The notes: generated by a model not told the origin, from the sequence alone. 64,000 nt of DNA from Ginglymostoma cirratum (GCA_024137785.1 JAHRHZ010000098.1:38359231-38423230), one strand, 5' to 3'. Shown: positions 1-12,943, numbered from the stretch's first letter. A program made the numbers and translations.

Positions 1-41
1 CTTATGGTGCTTCCTCTGTGCTGCCAATAAGGTGGCCAGGA

Positions 42-372
42 ATAGAACACAGAACAGAGAACAGTACAACACAGTACAGGCCCTTCGGCCCACAATGTTG
101 TGCCTACGTATTATCTTACTAAGATCAAACTACCCTGCATATCCTACATTTTACTCTCCTCAATGTGCCTATCCAAGAGTTGCTTCAAAGTCTCTAAAGT
201 ATCTGACTCCACTACCACTGCCGGCAGCGCATTCCACACACCCACCACTCCCTCTGTACCTCTGACATCTCCCCTATACTTTCCTCCAATCAACTTAACA
301 TTATGCCTCCTCGTAATAGTTATTCCGCCCTGGGTAAAAGTCTCTGACTATCCACTTTATCTATGCCTCTCA
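42..372 (-). mobile_element. CR1 LINE 3' fragment
   Basis: Reverse complement matches the 3' UTR and tail of the CR1 at 25791-28215 (ggcacaacattgtgggccgaagggcctgtactgtg...gttct repeats) plus the ORF2 C-terminal region. Confidence 0.85.
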
Positions 373-3300
373 TGTAGCACTTTTTCTGTTCTGTCAAGGG
401 TGAGCCACCACATCTAAAGAACACCTCAAATCCCCTTCTGCTGAGTAATGATATTATGGATCTAGCAAATTATTTTCAGCTTTCTACAGTGAGTATGCTT
501 GAAACATACTTCAGGGCAAAAGATAGGTGCAACTGCAAGGTATCTGCCTCACCCTTCTGGTAGATAGCCCAATTCTCCTATCCATATCCAGGCATTCCAA
601 CAAATATATCCAAATGTTTGCAAGGTTTAAATTGCAACTGAAATAATTAATGGCTATAACATCTGTAAGTACTTACTGAAAGTAAATTTTATTTCTACCC
701 TACTTATTCCTGAAGTCTGTGACTCATGTTTAGAATTGGAAATCCAGACTTTAACACAAATGACAACTCTTTATGCACAAACCTTGGCAGTAAGAATCAT
801 CATCTGGATGAACTCAATTTTACCCACAGGTGGGCTGGGTGATTTCTTCCCATTCATTGACCTGGGAGCATTGAGGTCAGCTGCAGCAGCAAAACCATTG
901 CCATTTCTGTACTGACAGCTGAGATCAGCTAACTTAGTCTGGAGGAGAAATTGCACCTGGAAGCTTCCTGGTCTGAAAACATATGTAGTACAAGAAACTG
1001 ACCAGTTGTCTCTCCCAGTTCTGCATTTAGTTCACAATATTGATTTGCTGAGTCTGCATTCTGGGTACAACATAGATACTGCACACACTAGTAATGATGT
1101 AACTTGTGCTGTTTAAAGTCATCTTAATATGGTCAAAATTCAGAATTTGAAGTATTTAATGAAAATTACTTTAGATCAATATCTAGTCACGCAGCTTTAA
1201 TAATTATTTTGTGATCTGTTGGGAGCTAGTGATGCAATGACGTTACTGCCCAACACTAAGAAACATGAGTAATGGTTGCAAACTATTTCACAAGACAGTT
1301 GAGCATGATTGTGCATTTTTTAAAATGCAGAAATGGGTGTATGCAAGTGCTTCCTTAAAGATCAACAAGTCTAAACTGCTTTGTCATTAGTAGAAAATGA
1401 TAGGCGAAACTTCAAATGAACAAAAACACTATGGCTGGATTTATACTACACTCTGGAAATTCACATTGATGAGAAAGCCTTGTGGAAGGATGTCTTATCT
1501 CCTGGGTCCAATGTGCGTTGTACTTTTCTGACTTGTACTTCCAAATGTGTTTATGTGCTCCCTAAGCTATTTTGCATTGTTGCAAACGTGACAATCTAAA
1601 AACAGCTTCAAAAACACCTGATCTGAATGCAGCAGAGAATCCTCAGCTGAGGTATTTGGATTGATTGATTTGGCCTGCTGCTTTCAAAGATAAAATATCT
1701 AGACTGTCGCTGTGTCAGATTGTTTTGACTCAAGACACAACTACTCCTCTAAAAAAAACCAGGAATTAAGATTTCTCAATGTAAAAGCTGACATTTTTTG
1801 CTAAAGCATCTTGCAGAGGGAAAACAATGTGAATATTGTGTTAATGGCTTTGCTTTGGGAGCAAAGTTAACAAAAGTATTAGATTTTTTAAAAAACTGGC
1901 ACAATTAAAAGCTAGTAACTTTGTCTAAATGTCTTATCAAATCAGTTACAATGGTTACAAACATCGCTTGTCCATTAAAAAAGTTCGAAAGAAAATCTAT
2001 TCCCTGCATTTACTAGTAGTTAATATCCAAATGCCTGGCAATGCAACCCTTTGATACTTTACAGTCTTGCTGTAAATTACTTCCATATATTTCCAATCTC
2101 CCTGCTTAGCATATTTTACATACTATGCGCTTTCCTACAGTAGGGTACAAGACAAATTGTTTTCTAAAATTTGAATTAGCTGTCATCTGCTCTCAGCAAA
2201 AGCTTTCACCACCTCAAGTACATCAACTTACTTATTAGGTGCATATAATATAGTTTTGAGAATCTCTTTTATAACCCCACCTTGAAAAAGTGCAAGAGAA
2301 GCATTTGAAACGAACAGGAACATGATGGTGGTTGTATTTAAACTGTCAGATATCGCCGTGATGTTTCATATTTCTCCCCATTGCTCAAAATACAGTTGTC
2401 ATCAAAATACAGTTAACTCATGCATGATGACCTTTGGTCACTGCAAACACAGATCATTTGGACGATATTAGTGAGAAAATGGATTGTTCACCAAGTACAT
2501 CATGTGGAGATCCTACATTCCACCTTCAAATATCATCTATTTTAACCTACATTGTGCCAGGACCATAAAAATTGCATATGTTCTGAATGATTACTCAGAA
2601 TTTTTTCGTTTAATACTTAGCTTCATGTAGATCACCATCAAAACTAATTTCAAATTGTAATGTCTCATGAATTTATTTTAAAATAACATATATAGACACT
2701 TAAAAAATAATGGGGCAGACTTTCCGCTGGTTTGACAGTTGTTATGCCAGGAGTTATGTGTGAGAACCCTGCAGAATCCCAATCGCAGCAGACTCGGAAG
2801 GAATTACCCGAGAAATTGAAATTTTCTCTGGGAAATTCTTCCACGTCTCATACACTTCTAAAGGCTCCATAAAAAAAATGAAGAATGATCCTTCCGATGA
2901 AACGAAGTAAAATAGTTACTCAAGAAGAGTTCGACTATTAAATACAAAGTGTGTTTCTTGAGTTACTACGAAAATAACCTCATTCTTAGCTCACACAACC
3001 AAATACACATTCCCAGACTCTGAGCTGACATCCCTGGACCCAACAATGCTTGTGTCAATAGGAACACCAGGGAAATAAGATACATCCCAAGAAGTTAAAT
3101 CCTAAATTGTCTTGATCATTCGCTAATACCTAAATATCAGTGCTGTCAAAAAAAACCAGTGCATCAATTACCTCTTATTTGCATATAACATATCTTTGAG
3201 AAAGCAGCACAGTTATCAAATCCCTTTTGCTCCCAAAGCTAGGGTTTAAGTCTAGCTGAAACTATAGGACTGAAGAAACTTGCATTTAACGTAGTGCCTT

Positions 3301-4685
3301 TCACATTCTCAGGTTTTTCACAACGAGTGAATGGGTAAAGGTAGGCTGATATAGTGGTTGTTACTGGAGTAATGATCCAGAGACAGGAATTCAAATCCCA
3401 GCTGGCAGTAGAGAACTGAAATTTAGTTAATTAAATAAATCTACAATAAAGGCTGGTATCAAAATGGCAGCCTTGAAATTACTACATTGTTGCAAGAACA
3501 CCTCTTATTCAATAATGTTTCTTTTACAAGGAAATCTGCCAACCTTACCTCGTCTGACCCAAATGTGACATCAAACCCATACCAATGCAGTTGACTCATA
3601 ACTACCTTGGAAAACTATTCAATTGTATCAAAATACTGTGTTGCTTGAGCTCGACTTCATGAATGTCCACATCATAAATAGATCTGTCCATGACAGTCTT
3701 GGTAGCAGTGACAACTGCTCAATCTTCTGCAAATTATAAGGCCACACACCAAGAGCCGGAGAATGGGATTCAATTGCATGGTGATTGTCAGCTAATGGGG
3801 ACATGATGGGCTGAATGGCATCTTTTAGTGCTATAAATTTCTATGACACCACTCTGTATTCCGTGGCACTATTATTGCGCTAAATGGGACAGATTCAAAT
3901 CAGTTCTATCAGTCTAAAAGTCAGCATTGGCATTGTGGACCATGAGCAACAGCAAATTATACACCAACATATTCTACAATGTCAGAGCCTGGCATACCTT
4001 TACTCAACCATTATCATCAAGTCAGGGGGATCACCCTGGTTCACCGAGTCAAGATGTGCCAGAAACAGCACCTCAAAATAATCCAGCAAACTGAGTAAAG
4101 TTCCAACATGTAATATGTATGCTAGTCAGTAGTTTGCCACCAATAGTTAAGTATTCCAAAGTCAGTAGATCTGATCAAAGCTCTACAGGCCAACCACATT
4201 GAGTCATGAATGGTGGTAGAAAATTGAAAAGCCTCCGTGGCAGTCTCCACGATCATTTCCATCCTCAATCTTAGGGGAAGTCAGCATAAGTGCAAAAGGC
4301 AAGAGTGAAGCATTTGCAATCATCTTCAGCTAACTGCAATGAGTGGATGAGCCCAGTTTGTTGAGGGCTCTTTCCTGAGTTTCTGCAACATACAGAAGCT
4401 AGTCTTCAGTCAATCTGATTCGTTCTGTGTGATGTGAAGAAATAGCCAAAGGAGCTAGATGCAGCAAAAGCAATGGGCTTAGCAGTGTACCAAAACTGAA
4501 GGTGTGCTCTTGAACTAGTGTTCCCCTAACCAAGATTTTCCAGTAAAGCAGCTATGACACCTGCCTGACAATGTGGAAAGCGGCCCAGGCATGTTCTTCC
4601 CAAAAATTTAGGACAAGCCCAATTGGTCAATAGGGTGCTATTAATTTCCTCTCAATTATCAACAATGATGGAGGGGGTTATCAAC

Positions 4686-5465
4686 AATCAACCATTTCAG
4701 TGATGTTATTACGCATCTGTGGGGCAGGTGGGACTTGAACCAGACCTTCCAGCTCAGAGGTAGGGACACTACCACGGTTCCACGAGTTCATTCAGATGTT
4801 GAACTGACAGCACCCAACTTAGGATCCAAATCTGTAACCCCAGGGTTAACAATTTCATGCTTTACCAATTGAACAAGCCAGTCTTGGGCAGTTCCTCAAA
4901 TTAAATATTTTAATCAACCTGTTTAGACCTGTGTCTGAACTCATACTCACACCTCATTCATACCTCTGCAGCAGCTAGGACTTCAAACCAGCTATGCAGG
5001 CCCAGGAGAAGGGACACCACCACTATACCACCAGAGACCCAGTCACTCAGGATAGATAATTTCTAATCAACCTGCACACAGATGTTACTGTACACTTCTG
5101 AAGCAGGTAGAACTTGAACCAAGGTCTCCTGGTTCAGTAGTAGGGTCATTACCACTGCACCACAAGTGACCTCATTCAATATCATATACTTCAACCAATT
5201 CACCACTCATTCTTCTAAGCTCCACAGGAAACAAGCCCAGCCTGTCCAACCTGCTCAGATGCATTATGACACACCTCTGGAGCCTCCTGGCCCAGATGTC
5301 GGGACACTATTGCTGCACCATAACAGCCTGTTGTTGCTCAGAATAGATTTTTATTCAATCAACAACACCTTTTTCAGAGGTGTTATAACACAGCTCTGGA
5401 GCAGGCAGGACAAACTAAGGTCTTCTGGCCCAGAGACAGGGGCACCACCATTGTGCTACAACAAC
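4686..5465 (-). repeat. Array of five co-oriented ~110-130 bp tRNA-derived SINE units (family A)
   Basis: Units at ~4686-4786, 4903-5040, 5053-5171, 5245-5328 and 5345-5465 each match the reverse complement of gtggtagtgtccctacctctgag...ggttcaagtcccacctgc...aggttgattagaaaatat, seen singly at 24727-25372 and 53841-53958. Confidence 0.8.
4811..4883 (-). pseudogene. Decayed tRNA-Lys(CTT)-like pseudogene
   Basis: Minus strand GACTGGCTTGTTCAATTGGTAAAGCATGAAATTGTTAACCCTGGGGTTACAGATTTGGATCCTAAGTTGGGTG aligns without gaps over 73 nt to the recalled vertebrate tRNA-Lys(CTT). About two-thirds identical by eye, differences mostly transitions; B box destroyed. Confidence 0.65.
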
Positions 5466-6825
5466 TTGTGTTTACTCAGGATATTGTCCTCGGCTCAACA
5501 TTTTCAGCCGCTTTATTAGTGACCATTTATCCATAACAAGGTTAAAAGGGACAATATCCACTGATGACAGCAGTGTTCAGAAACAACTCAAAGGTGTTAA
5601 ATAAAACACAAAACCAGTTTTAATATCAATTTCAAGCAATTGCACAATCCTGATTAATTTAGACGTTTACTGTACAATGTTGTTTTGGCATGAAACTATA
5701 TAGCACTTCAAAAGAAATAAGAATGAATGGACATTTAGAAAATCATTATAGCTGCCTTTCTTCTGCAGTTTGGATACACTGCTTAAGCCAACTTTCTGCC
5801 GGAAGGAAATGTCGTAATTTCTGGCCAGTGACTGTAATCAGCTGTTGCAATAAAGTTTACAGGTTTTAAATGTTGCTATCAAAGTTGCAAAACATCTTAA
5901 GTCAACTTCATAAGGATTCAACACTGGCACAAAGAACCTTCGGTACATTCTGGAGGTAGGAAGACAGGAGTATTATGCAACAAAGAAGTGAATTTTTAAA
6001 TGCAGGAGGGGGCTTAGATATAGGTTTAAAGTGGGGTTGAGCATAACCAACTATATTAAGCTACATAAAATGTGGTAGTGATCTAAGTAAAATAGTTGTG
6101 AAGAGACATTTTAGTGCCATGGTTACAATTAAAATATTGTTTTGAAATTCATACCTTAAATTAGGCTTCCTTGTCAAATAAATTTATATTACAATTCTTC
6201 TCCTGCATTGCTTTATCTGTACAAAAATGTTGCCTCCACACCCTTAATAAATTCTTAGATTTATCTGCACATACAGATAATTCTGCCATTATAATTTTTT
6301 GGCCCACATCTACATTGGAAAATGCCAATGCAACTTCATGTTGTAACTACACCCACGCACCAATGCCTCAGTTTTACATCGCCCAGCTCCTCAGCTTGTT
6401 GCAAAGAGCGTCCTATACTCTAGGGAACTTTTCTGAACAGAAATTGGAGCAATAATGGATTAAAGTTCCATTAAAAAATGAGAATCAACTTTTAAAATGA
6501 TCATAATTATCTCTACATCCTGTTCCAATTATTTTTTATCATTTAACCCCACTTGTTCCCAAAAATTGCATTTGGTTTTGACTTCCTATGTGGTACACCT
6601 TGCAAGATCAACAAATCGTTTTTGTGCTTCTTCTCTCCAATTCTCATTTCTTCTGAAGGAACTTACTGAAACTATGGCAGAGCGCCATATGTGCCAATTA
6701 CGTTCACATCATTTCACATATGAGCCAGATAGAATAAGTCGTCTATTCAAAAATGAAAACACAATAGTTGAGCTTATGAACTCAATTCTGCACTTATCTG
6801 ATGCTCATAAGGACAATTCATAGCA

Positions 6826-7019
6826 AAGTAAAACGGAAATTGCTGGAGAAACTCAGCAGGTGTGGCGGCATTTGTGAAGAGAAAGCAGAGTTAATGTTTT
6901 GGGTCCAGTGACTGACCCTTCTTCATTCTGAAGTTGCTGCCAGACCTCTGAGTTTTTCAAACAATTAATATTTTTTGTTTCAGATTTCCAGCATCTGCAG
7001 TTCTTTCTTTTATTTATAT
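6826..7019. mobile_element. Penelope-derived short insertion with inverted halves
   Basis: Perfect 15-bp TSD ggacaattcatagca at 6811-6825 and 7020-7034. Interior has inverted copies of the gctgccagacctgctgagtttttccagc segment. Confidence 0.75.
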
Positions 7020-7222
7020 GGACAATTCATAGCATGGATCATTGGATAATGCTATGGAGAACAAAACACAGAATTGCCAACCTCTTTTATTGTGCTACTA
7101 ATCAGCTAACCCAGCACTGAGTGTAAGCCAAAAATCCTCAGCCTGTGTAACTTACGTTTACACAAGGTGGTGCATTTGCTAAAAAGGCAGAAAAAATGCT
7201 AACTTCTTAAAACTTTGTACAA

Positions 7223-7510
7223 ATAACTGGATGGTGCAATGGGTTGGACAATGGGTTTACCACTGAGACATATTCTATAATCTAGCTAGCAGGAGGGATA
7301 AAAGCCTTCTCTCTCTGGCTGGCTGTAACAGGCCTATACAAACTGAGTTTGTCAGACTCAATTAATTTAGTGGTGGGCATAGGCTACCTCATGAAATTGC
7401 CCCTAATTCAGTACTAATTCCTAATGTCACAGAGATGCCATAGGGTGGCTGATGTGTGAAACAGAAAGAAAGAACATCAAGTTGGTGCAGTAGGGTGTCC
7501 CCTTTAAAAG
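7223..7510 (+). mobile_element. LF-SINE-like ancient SINE relic
   Basis: Collinear blocks aactggatggtgcaatgggttgg, ggcctatacaaactgagtttg and aattcagtactaatt resemble recalled LF-SINE consensus blocks AACTGGATGGCTCAGTGGATTGG, GGCCTATGTGAAATGAGTTGG and AATTGGCACTAATT. Confidence 0.5.
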
Positions 7511-9099
7511 CTGGAAGCAAAAAAATATTCTCAGTGCTCCCCCGACTCCCCCGTTCTCCATGTTTCCTTGTTATTGGTTGAATAAAACCAAATAATAGTG
7601 AAGAGTTCTGGGAATAGATACTGAATTACCTTGATTAGCACTAAACTGCCAGGTAAATACTGGCAAGTTCAGCATTGTTATTTCCGGTAAATATTCTTAA
7701 CATAAGCTGCTGATGGAGGTTTCCTTGAAAATCAGAATTGTTGTCTTTATTCACCTTTGTGAACATGTACAATGGATCACTGAACAGTGGTGTATCAAAT
7801 AATGTTTAGGAAATTGAATATTCTCCTGATTATTGAAAGAACTAATGAATTCATTGGCAATATTAAATGGTCATTATTCTGGTGGTGTATCTTGCTCATG
7901 TACTTTTTCAGTTTCTTGCACTGTTGTGCCATTCCATTCTCGCATCTTTGAGTCATGTAATTTGACAATGATGCCTATGTCAACAAATAATTTAAAATCT
8001 TTTGTTTCACCACAATATCATCACTAGTAATTCTTACAACAGGACCTGAATAACCAAATCAAATATATACACATAAAGGATAATGGCAACTTGTTGCAAA
8101 TCAGAATTTAATAGTCCTAATCTCATAGGTCAAAAGGCAGTGCATTTGTGAATATAAGCAAGACACAGTGATTAGATGGTCAATTAGGTAAATATGCTAC
8201 TTTTTTTTAAAACAGGAAAGTTATAGTATGATAAAGTTTTTCAAGGCACATTACTTGATTAACCACACTTCATTCTATATGGTGCATCATAGAAGTACCT
8301 TAGGATGCTTTACTACTTAAAGTGATTCATACATGCACATTGTTGTTGTACATGGTTATACAGTCTGCAAAAATATAGTGACCAGTAAGATGACAAATCC
8401 ATTTATTTAAATTCCTACTGAATTATAACAAGATGGCAAAAAACCTACAACGAACAACTATTTTCAGAGTTGAATTGAATATAAATAGAATGATTATTGC
8501 AGAGTTGTAGTGTCAGTTTCATGTGCTGCAAGTTCACCTTGACTGGTGAAGATTAAGGTTTATCAAGTATTGTGCAACAAATCACTTTCTGTTGTAACAA
8601 TTATACTGTAAAAATCATGCTGAGTAAATAAGCCATTCTAGTTATCTTCCCCACTATCTGTACTAATTAGCCTACTAATTACTAAATTTCTGCATCTGTT
8701 TCATTCCAGAAAATTCAAGCACGGAACTAATGTGTCTATTTTATTTAATTATAAAAGCAGCTAAATCTGCACTATAAAGCTTCAATCACATGTTTGTTAA
8801 TGAGGTTCTGCACAGCAGCATAATGCTGCATTATTTCACAATATAACATTAAATCCATTAACATACACTGGAAAAGCTGCTAATATTTTTCATTTGCTGT
8901 ATTTGTAACTCAATAGATCACATGCAGTTGTTCTCTATGTACAATTTCTTCCAAGAATTCAAAGCAACACTTGACTCTCTTCAAAGTCAGTACACAGTCT
9001 TAAACAGTTTAAATCAACCTCTAGGAGGTCAACCTAATCTTATTCTCGAGCATCTTTCTTCTCAGCTCGCATGGAGCTTTCTGGGACAAGGCAGTACTC

Positions 9100-9820
9100 T
9101 AATTTAGCTCTGACATCTATTACATACTGAATCAGGAAAAATAAATTCAAATGCCTCTCAACCTTTGAAATGAAACCTTCTAATCTGCAGTCTACCCCAT
9201 TGAAATCAGTAAGAACATTCAACTCTAAACATGAAATCAAGAATTGGGGGTAGACCAATTCAGTGGTCGCAATCCAATTAGGTTAAGCAGTGAGCTCTGG
9301 AATTATGAGCATGAGGTAACTTCTCTTTATGTCAGTCTGGCTGACTCTTTATTCTGGGACTGTAACTCTGTGTTCTAGATTTTCCAGTCAGTGAAAACTC
9401 TCTCAGCATCTATTCTGCCAAACACCTTTAAAGAATCTTGTATGTTTTGATTAGATCTACTTGCATTCTTCTAAATTCTGGGGAATTAGGGCCAAGTCTG
9501 CAATAATCTGTCCTTGCTGGTCAAATCCCTCACTCTATGAGTCAGCCTAGCAAACCTATGTTACATTTTATTTTGGAAATTAACAAGACCAAATCCTCAC
9601 GCAGTTGTATCCTCATACAATTGTAGCAAGATATCTTCACTCTTTACTCCAATCCCTTAAAACAAAATCTACCATATAGGGTTGCCTTCCTATTTTTCGC
9701 TCTATCTGCATGTTAACTTTCTGTGATTCATGTACAAAGACTGAGGTCCCTTTGAGTGCAAACCTTCCCCAGTGCCTTATCATTAAAAAAAAAATCTGTT
9801 TTTTAAAAATTTTTCCTACC
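9100..9820 (-). mobile_element. Old CR1 LINE 3' fragment
   Basis: Degenerate reverse-complement similarity to the CR1 ORF2 C-terminus and 3' region, comparable to 60100-60700. Confidence 0.6.
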
Positions 9821-10029
9821 AAAATGAATATGGAGCTGAGATGTCATGTTGTGGCTGCACATGACATTGATGAGGCCACTTTTAGATGGAACCTCTTATT
9901 CATGGAAACAGTTACATCTCTAAAAAACGTAAAAAGATTTTTCTAATTCAGTTTCCCTTGCATAAATCCAGTACGACAGTAAAATATTCATGTGACATGC
10001 TGAAGCAATTCACAATCAATACATTTTTG

Positions 10030-10280
10030 TAATTGATGTTATGTACATTAACAAAACTGTCAATTAATGCACAGGAAGGCCCAACAAACAGCAGTTAAGT
10101 TAAATGACCAGTTAATCTTGTGGTGATATTAGGGAGAGAAATGCTGGCCAATTTAGTGACAGAACTTGCTGTTGTTCAAAACAGTGTCAATAGTCAAGAA
10201 AGATGGGGACCCGGTTTATCATATCATTTAAAAAATATTGTATTTTGCATGTGCATAAACGTGCAACCTTCTGATTAAAA
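10030..10280 (-). mobile_element. Deu-domain SINE relic (SacSINE1/AmnSINE1-like)
   Basis: gcacaggaaggcccaacaaacagcag...aatgaccagttaatct...gctggcca...cggttta resembles the reverse complement of the recalled Deu domain. Confidence 0.55.
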
Positions 10281-11488
10281 GGGAACTTTACTCCCAAATG
10301 AGCCAATTAACAATTTTAATTAATGAAGCTATGTTTTATTTTAAACTTTGGGATAAGCCAGGTTGGACAGCACTCAAACATTATTATATAATTTATGCAA
10401 TTTCTTACGTCACCATACATAATACAGCTCAAATAAAGAATTAACCTTCATGGCTCAGATCCACACTGGATAACATTTGCCAATGGTGCCATCGAGGTCG
10501 CAGAGTGCTTTAATTTGCTATGACATAGCTGTATTACATGATAAATGTTCATTTATCAGATTGTTTATTGTACGAGTTGAAAACTTGGTTCTGCTACAGA
10601 GTAATCAAAGTCAATAACAGAAATGGAATTCAGTTAGGGTGATCTTAAATTGCATTGATTACATAGAACTACTTAATTTAATACAGTAAATCTTAAATCA
10701 GGTTGAATTAAAAAATGTAAAAACACGGATTTAGACAAGTAGATGTGGTATTAGAATATTAATGAAATTTTAATGCAGCAAACCTTCTTCTCTCCAACCT
10801 TTTGCCAAACACCCTACAAATCAAAACTGCTGAAATATGGAAAAATGGTGCTCACAATCCATAATGTCACTGAACTATATATATGTAACCTCACCTTTAA
10901 CAAACAGCTATAAATTATGAAACTGTCAATTTTCTCTGATACAGAGCATGGCTGAAAGGTGCAAGAAAATCACTGACAAACACAATTGACCAAGATAGAT
11001 GTTCTGAGGGTCACTGTACATCTTACAAATCAGCAAATGCATTGTAACATTTCACTGTGCTATTTTGCACTATTCTAACAATGTATACTGAAGCTCTTGG
11101 TTATTTACTTTATTGTAATCTTAATAGTTAAAAACAGCAAAAATTATTCCCAAAAGCATGTCTATACAAGAATTTTAGTGTTGCTAGGACCAAATTAGTA
11201 TTTCTTTTAAAAAAGGTGAAATAAGTTAAATTTCTTCAATTATATGAATTATGCCCTGTATGATACACATTGAACTGTGCTTTTCTAACATAATTAAATG
11301 ATTTTCATTCTTTGGTAGGTAAAAGTCTGTAAAAAATGAAATTAATTTTACATTTCCTCATTAATTAGCACACAGCAGGTACTGCGTCATTAGAAGTTAT
11401 GTATAATGTATTATATGTGTACTTCTGGTGCTTTGTTTATTTGTTCCTTTTTTTTGGTGTGTGGCTGCGGTGTCGGGATACAGCATAC

Positions 11489-11531
11489 CTGCCCACATTA
11501 TTTGTGATTCTGAAGTAGCCTTGATATGGAA
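11489..11531 (-). other. Candidate small exon (43 nt; alternative acceptor gives 49 nt)
   Basis: Minus strand ttctagctatag|TTCCAT...GGGCAG|gtatgc in non-repetitive DNA; open as FHIKATSESQIMWA or VPYQGYFRITNNVG. Protein not recognised. Confidence 0.25.
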
Positions 11532-12109
11532 CTATAGCTAGAATGTTATGATAATGTAGACCTTGTACAATACTAGCACGATATTTACAGACTGGCTCTT
11601 GAATAGAGTACAATTAATTGCCATTTCGAAATAAGGCAGTAGAATTACATGCAGAACATAAAAGGTATTACATAAACGGTAGTCAGTCTTCTCTCCTGAA
11701 ATGTATTTAAGGATTTGTCTGAACTGGTAAAAGGCAGTAACCATACTTTAAAGCAAACAGTAACAGATATATTAACCAAAACTGGCACAACAGGAAAGAT
11801 ATTTTGACTTTAAAAGTTTTCGCTTCAATTATAAATTTCAAAAAGGTATGTTTTAGATTCTGCAAGATGGGTACAAAAGAACCCTGAAAAATGACAAAGC
11901 AACAAAAGTGGAAACAAAAAACAAGTTTTTAAATTACAAACATGGGGATAATGAGGAAAAATGGCATACAAGTTGATAACAAGTATGATGTGTTTTAATG
12001 GCAAAGCAGGCTCAATTGACTGAATGGTCTATTATTGTTCCCATTTCCTATGTCCTGTGCCTTTTCCAAATACCTTTTGCCATTTAAATTTCTCCTGGAC
12101 ACAAATCAA

Positions 12110-12500
12110 ACGCAGTTTATATTTATGTAGGGTCTTTAACATAATGAAATGTCCCAAGGCACTTCATAGGAGAATCACAAAACAATGCATGACACCAGGT
12201 TACACAAGGAGATATTAGGTCAGACGGCCAAAAGCTTGATCAAAGTGGAAGATTTTGAGGACTGTCTTAAAGGAGTCAAGTGAGGTACAGGGGCATTTAG
12301 GTTTAGGGAAGATATTCCAGAGCTTGGGTCCTAACCAACTGAACAGCAATGGAACAAATGGAGGAGCAGTTGTGACCGGCAATGCACAAGTCGTCAGAAT
12401 AAGAGGTCAGAGGATTTCATATTGGAGGAGATTTCAGAGATGTGTAGGGCCAAGGGCATGGAAAGATTTAAAAACAAGGATGAGAATGTTAAAAATCAAT
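12110..12500 (-). mobile_element. L2-type LINE 3' fragment
   Basis: tttatatttatgtagggtctttaac...tcccaaggcacttca...ttccagagcttgggtcct is the reverse complement of the 3' end seen at 37370-37578 and 43050-43240. Confidence 0.6.
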
Positions 12501-12912
12501 GTGTTCATTGATCTGTCCACAATATATAATAAAATTGATGCATACCTTGTGAAGAATTTATAATAGAAATAAATCTACGTTCACAATGGAAACTGATATA
12601 TGAATGTGTTATGCTGTAATTATACCTTGCCACCAACAGTGCAAATGTTGCATCTCAGTTTTGCAACTTCCAGCTCCTTAGCCTATTGGCACAGAAAATT
12701 TGTTTCAGTCAGTACTAATTCTTTAGCTTCCCCGTACAATACCAATAATGTCTGTTACTATCACAGGAAGGTGTATTTATTGTGTGACAAATTTACACAA
12801 ACAAGTTCCGTCATGGGAAATATATAAAAATGACAAAATGAATGACTAAAATGTAGACTGAAGCATATCTGCAACTACTGATTGTGACCTTGCGACCTTT
12901 TTGCTTACTCAC

Positions 12913-12943
12913 GTCAACACTATAGTCTTGTTCTTGACTCCAC
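12913..12943 (-). other. Candidate small exon (31 nt)
   Basis: Minus strand cttctgtggctttggcacag|GTGGAGTC...GTTGAC|gtgagtaag with a consensus donor; open as WSQEQDYSVD or GVKNKTIVL. Confidence 0.3.

Larger units (their letters stand above)
3345..5580 (+). mobile_element. Decayed single-ORF LINE (family X) with tRNA-like 5' head, interrupted by a SINE array
   Basis: 3345-3630 matches the head at 39237-39520 and 42400-42706. Downstream relics read IKSGGSPWF, EAFAIIFS, KAMG, MWK and, after the array, PQxxVLGxTxFSRFISD (5475-5525), collinear with the copy at 38900-42706. Confidence 0.7.

Noticed and set aside
900-975. Recurring gctgagatcagctaac-like motif (also ~7100, 20860, 34130, 50240)
   Set aside because: Probably relics of an ancient SINE, but too short and decayed to delimit or name.
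4686-5485. CRISPR-like repeat/spacer pattern or functional tRNA cluster
   Set aside because: The long units are mutually homologous SINE copies, the short words are target-site duplicates, and no intact cloverleaf is present.
8922-9107. 61-aa ORF with a plausible-looking helical peptide
   Set aside because: No recognisable homology or splice signals; it runs into a decayed CR1.
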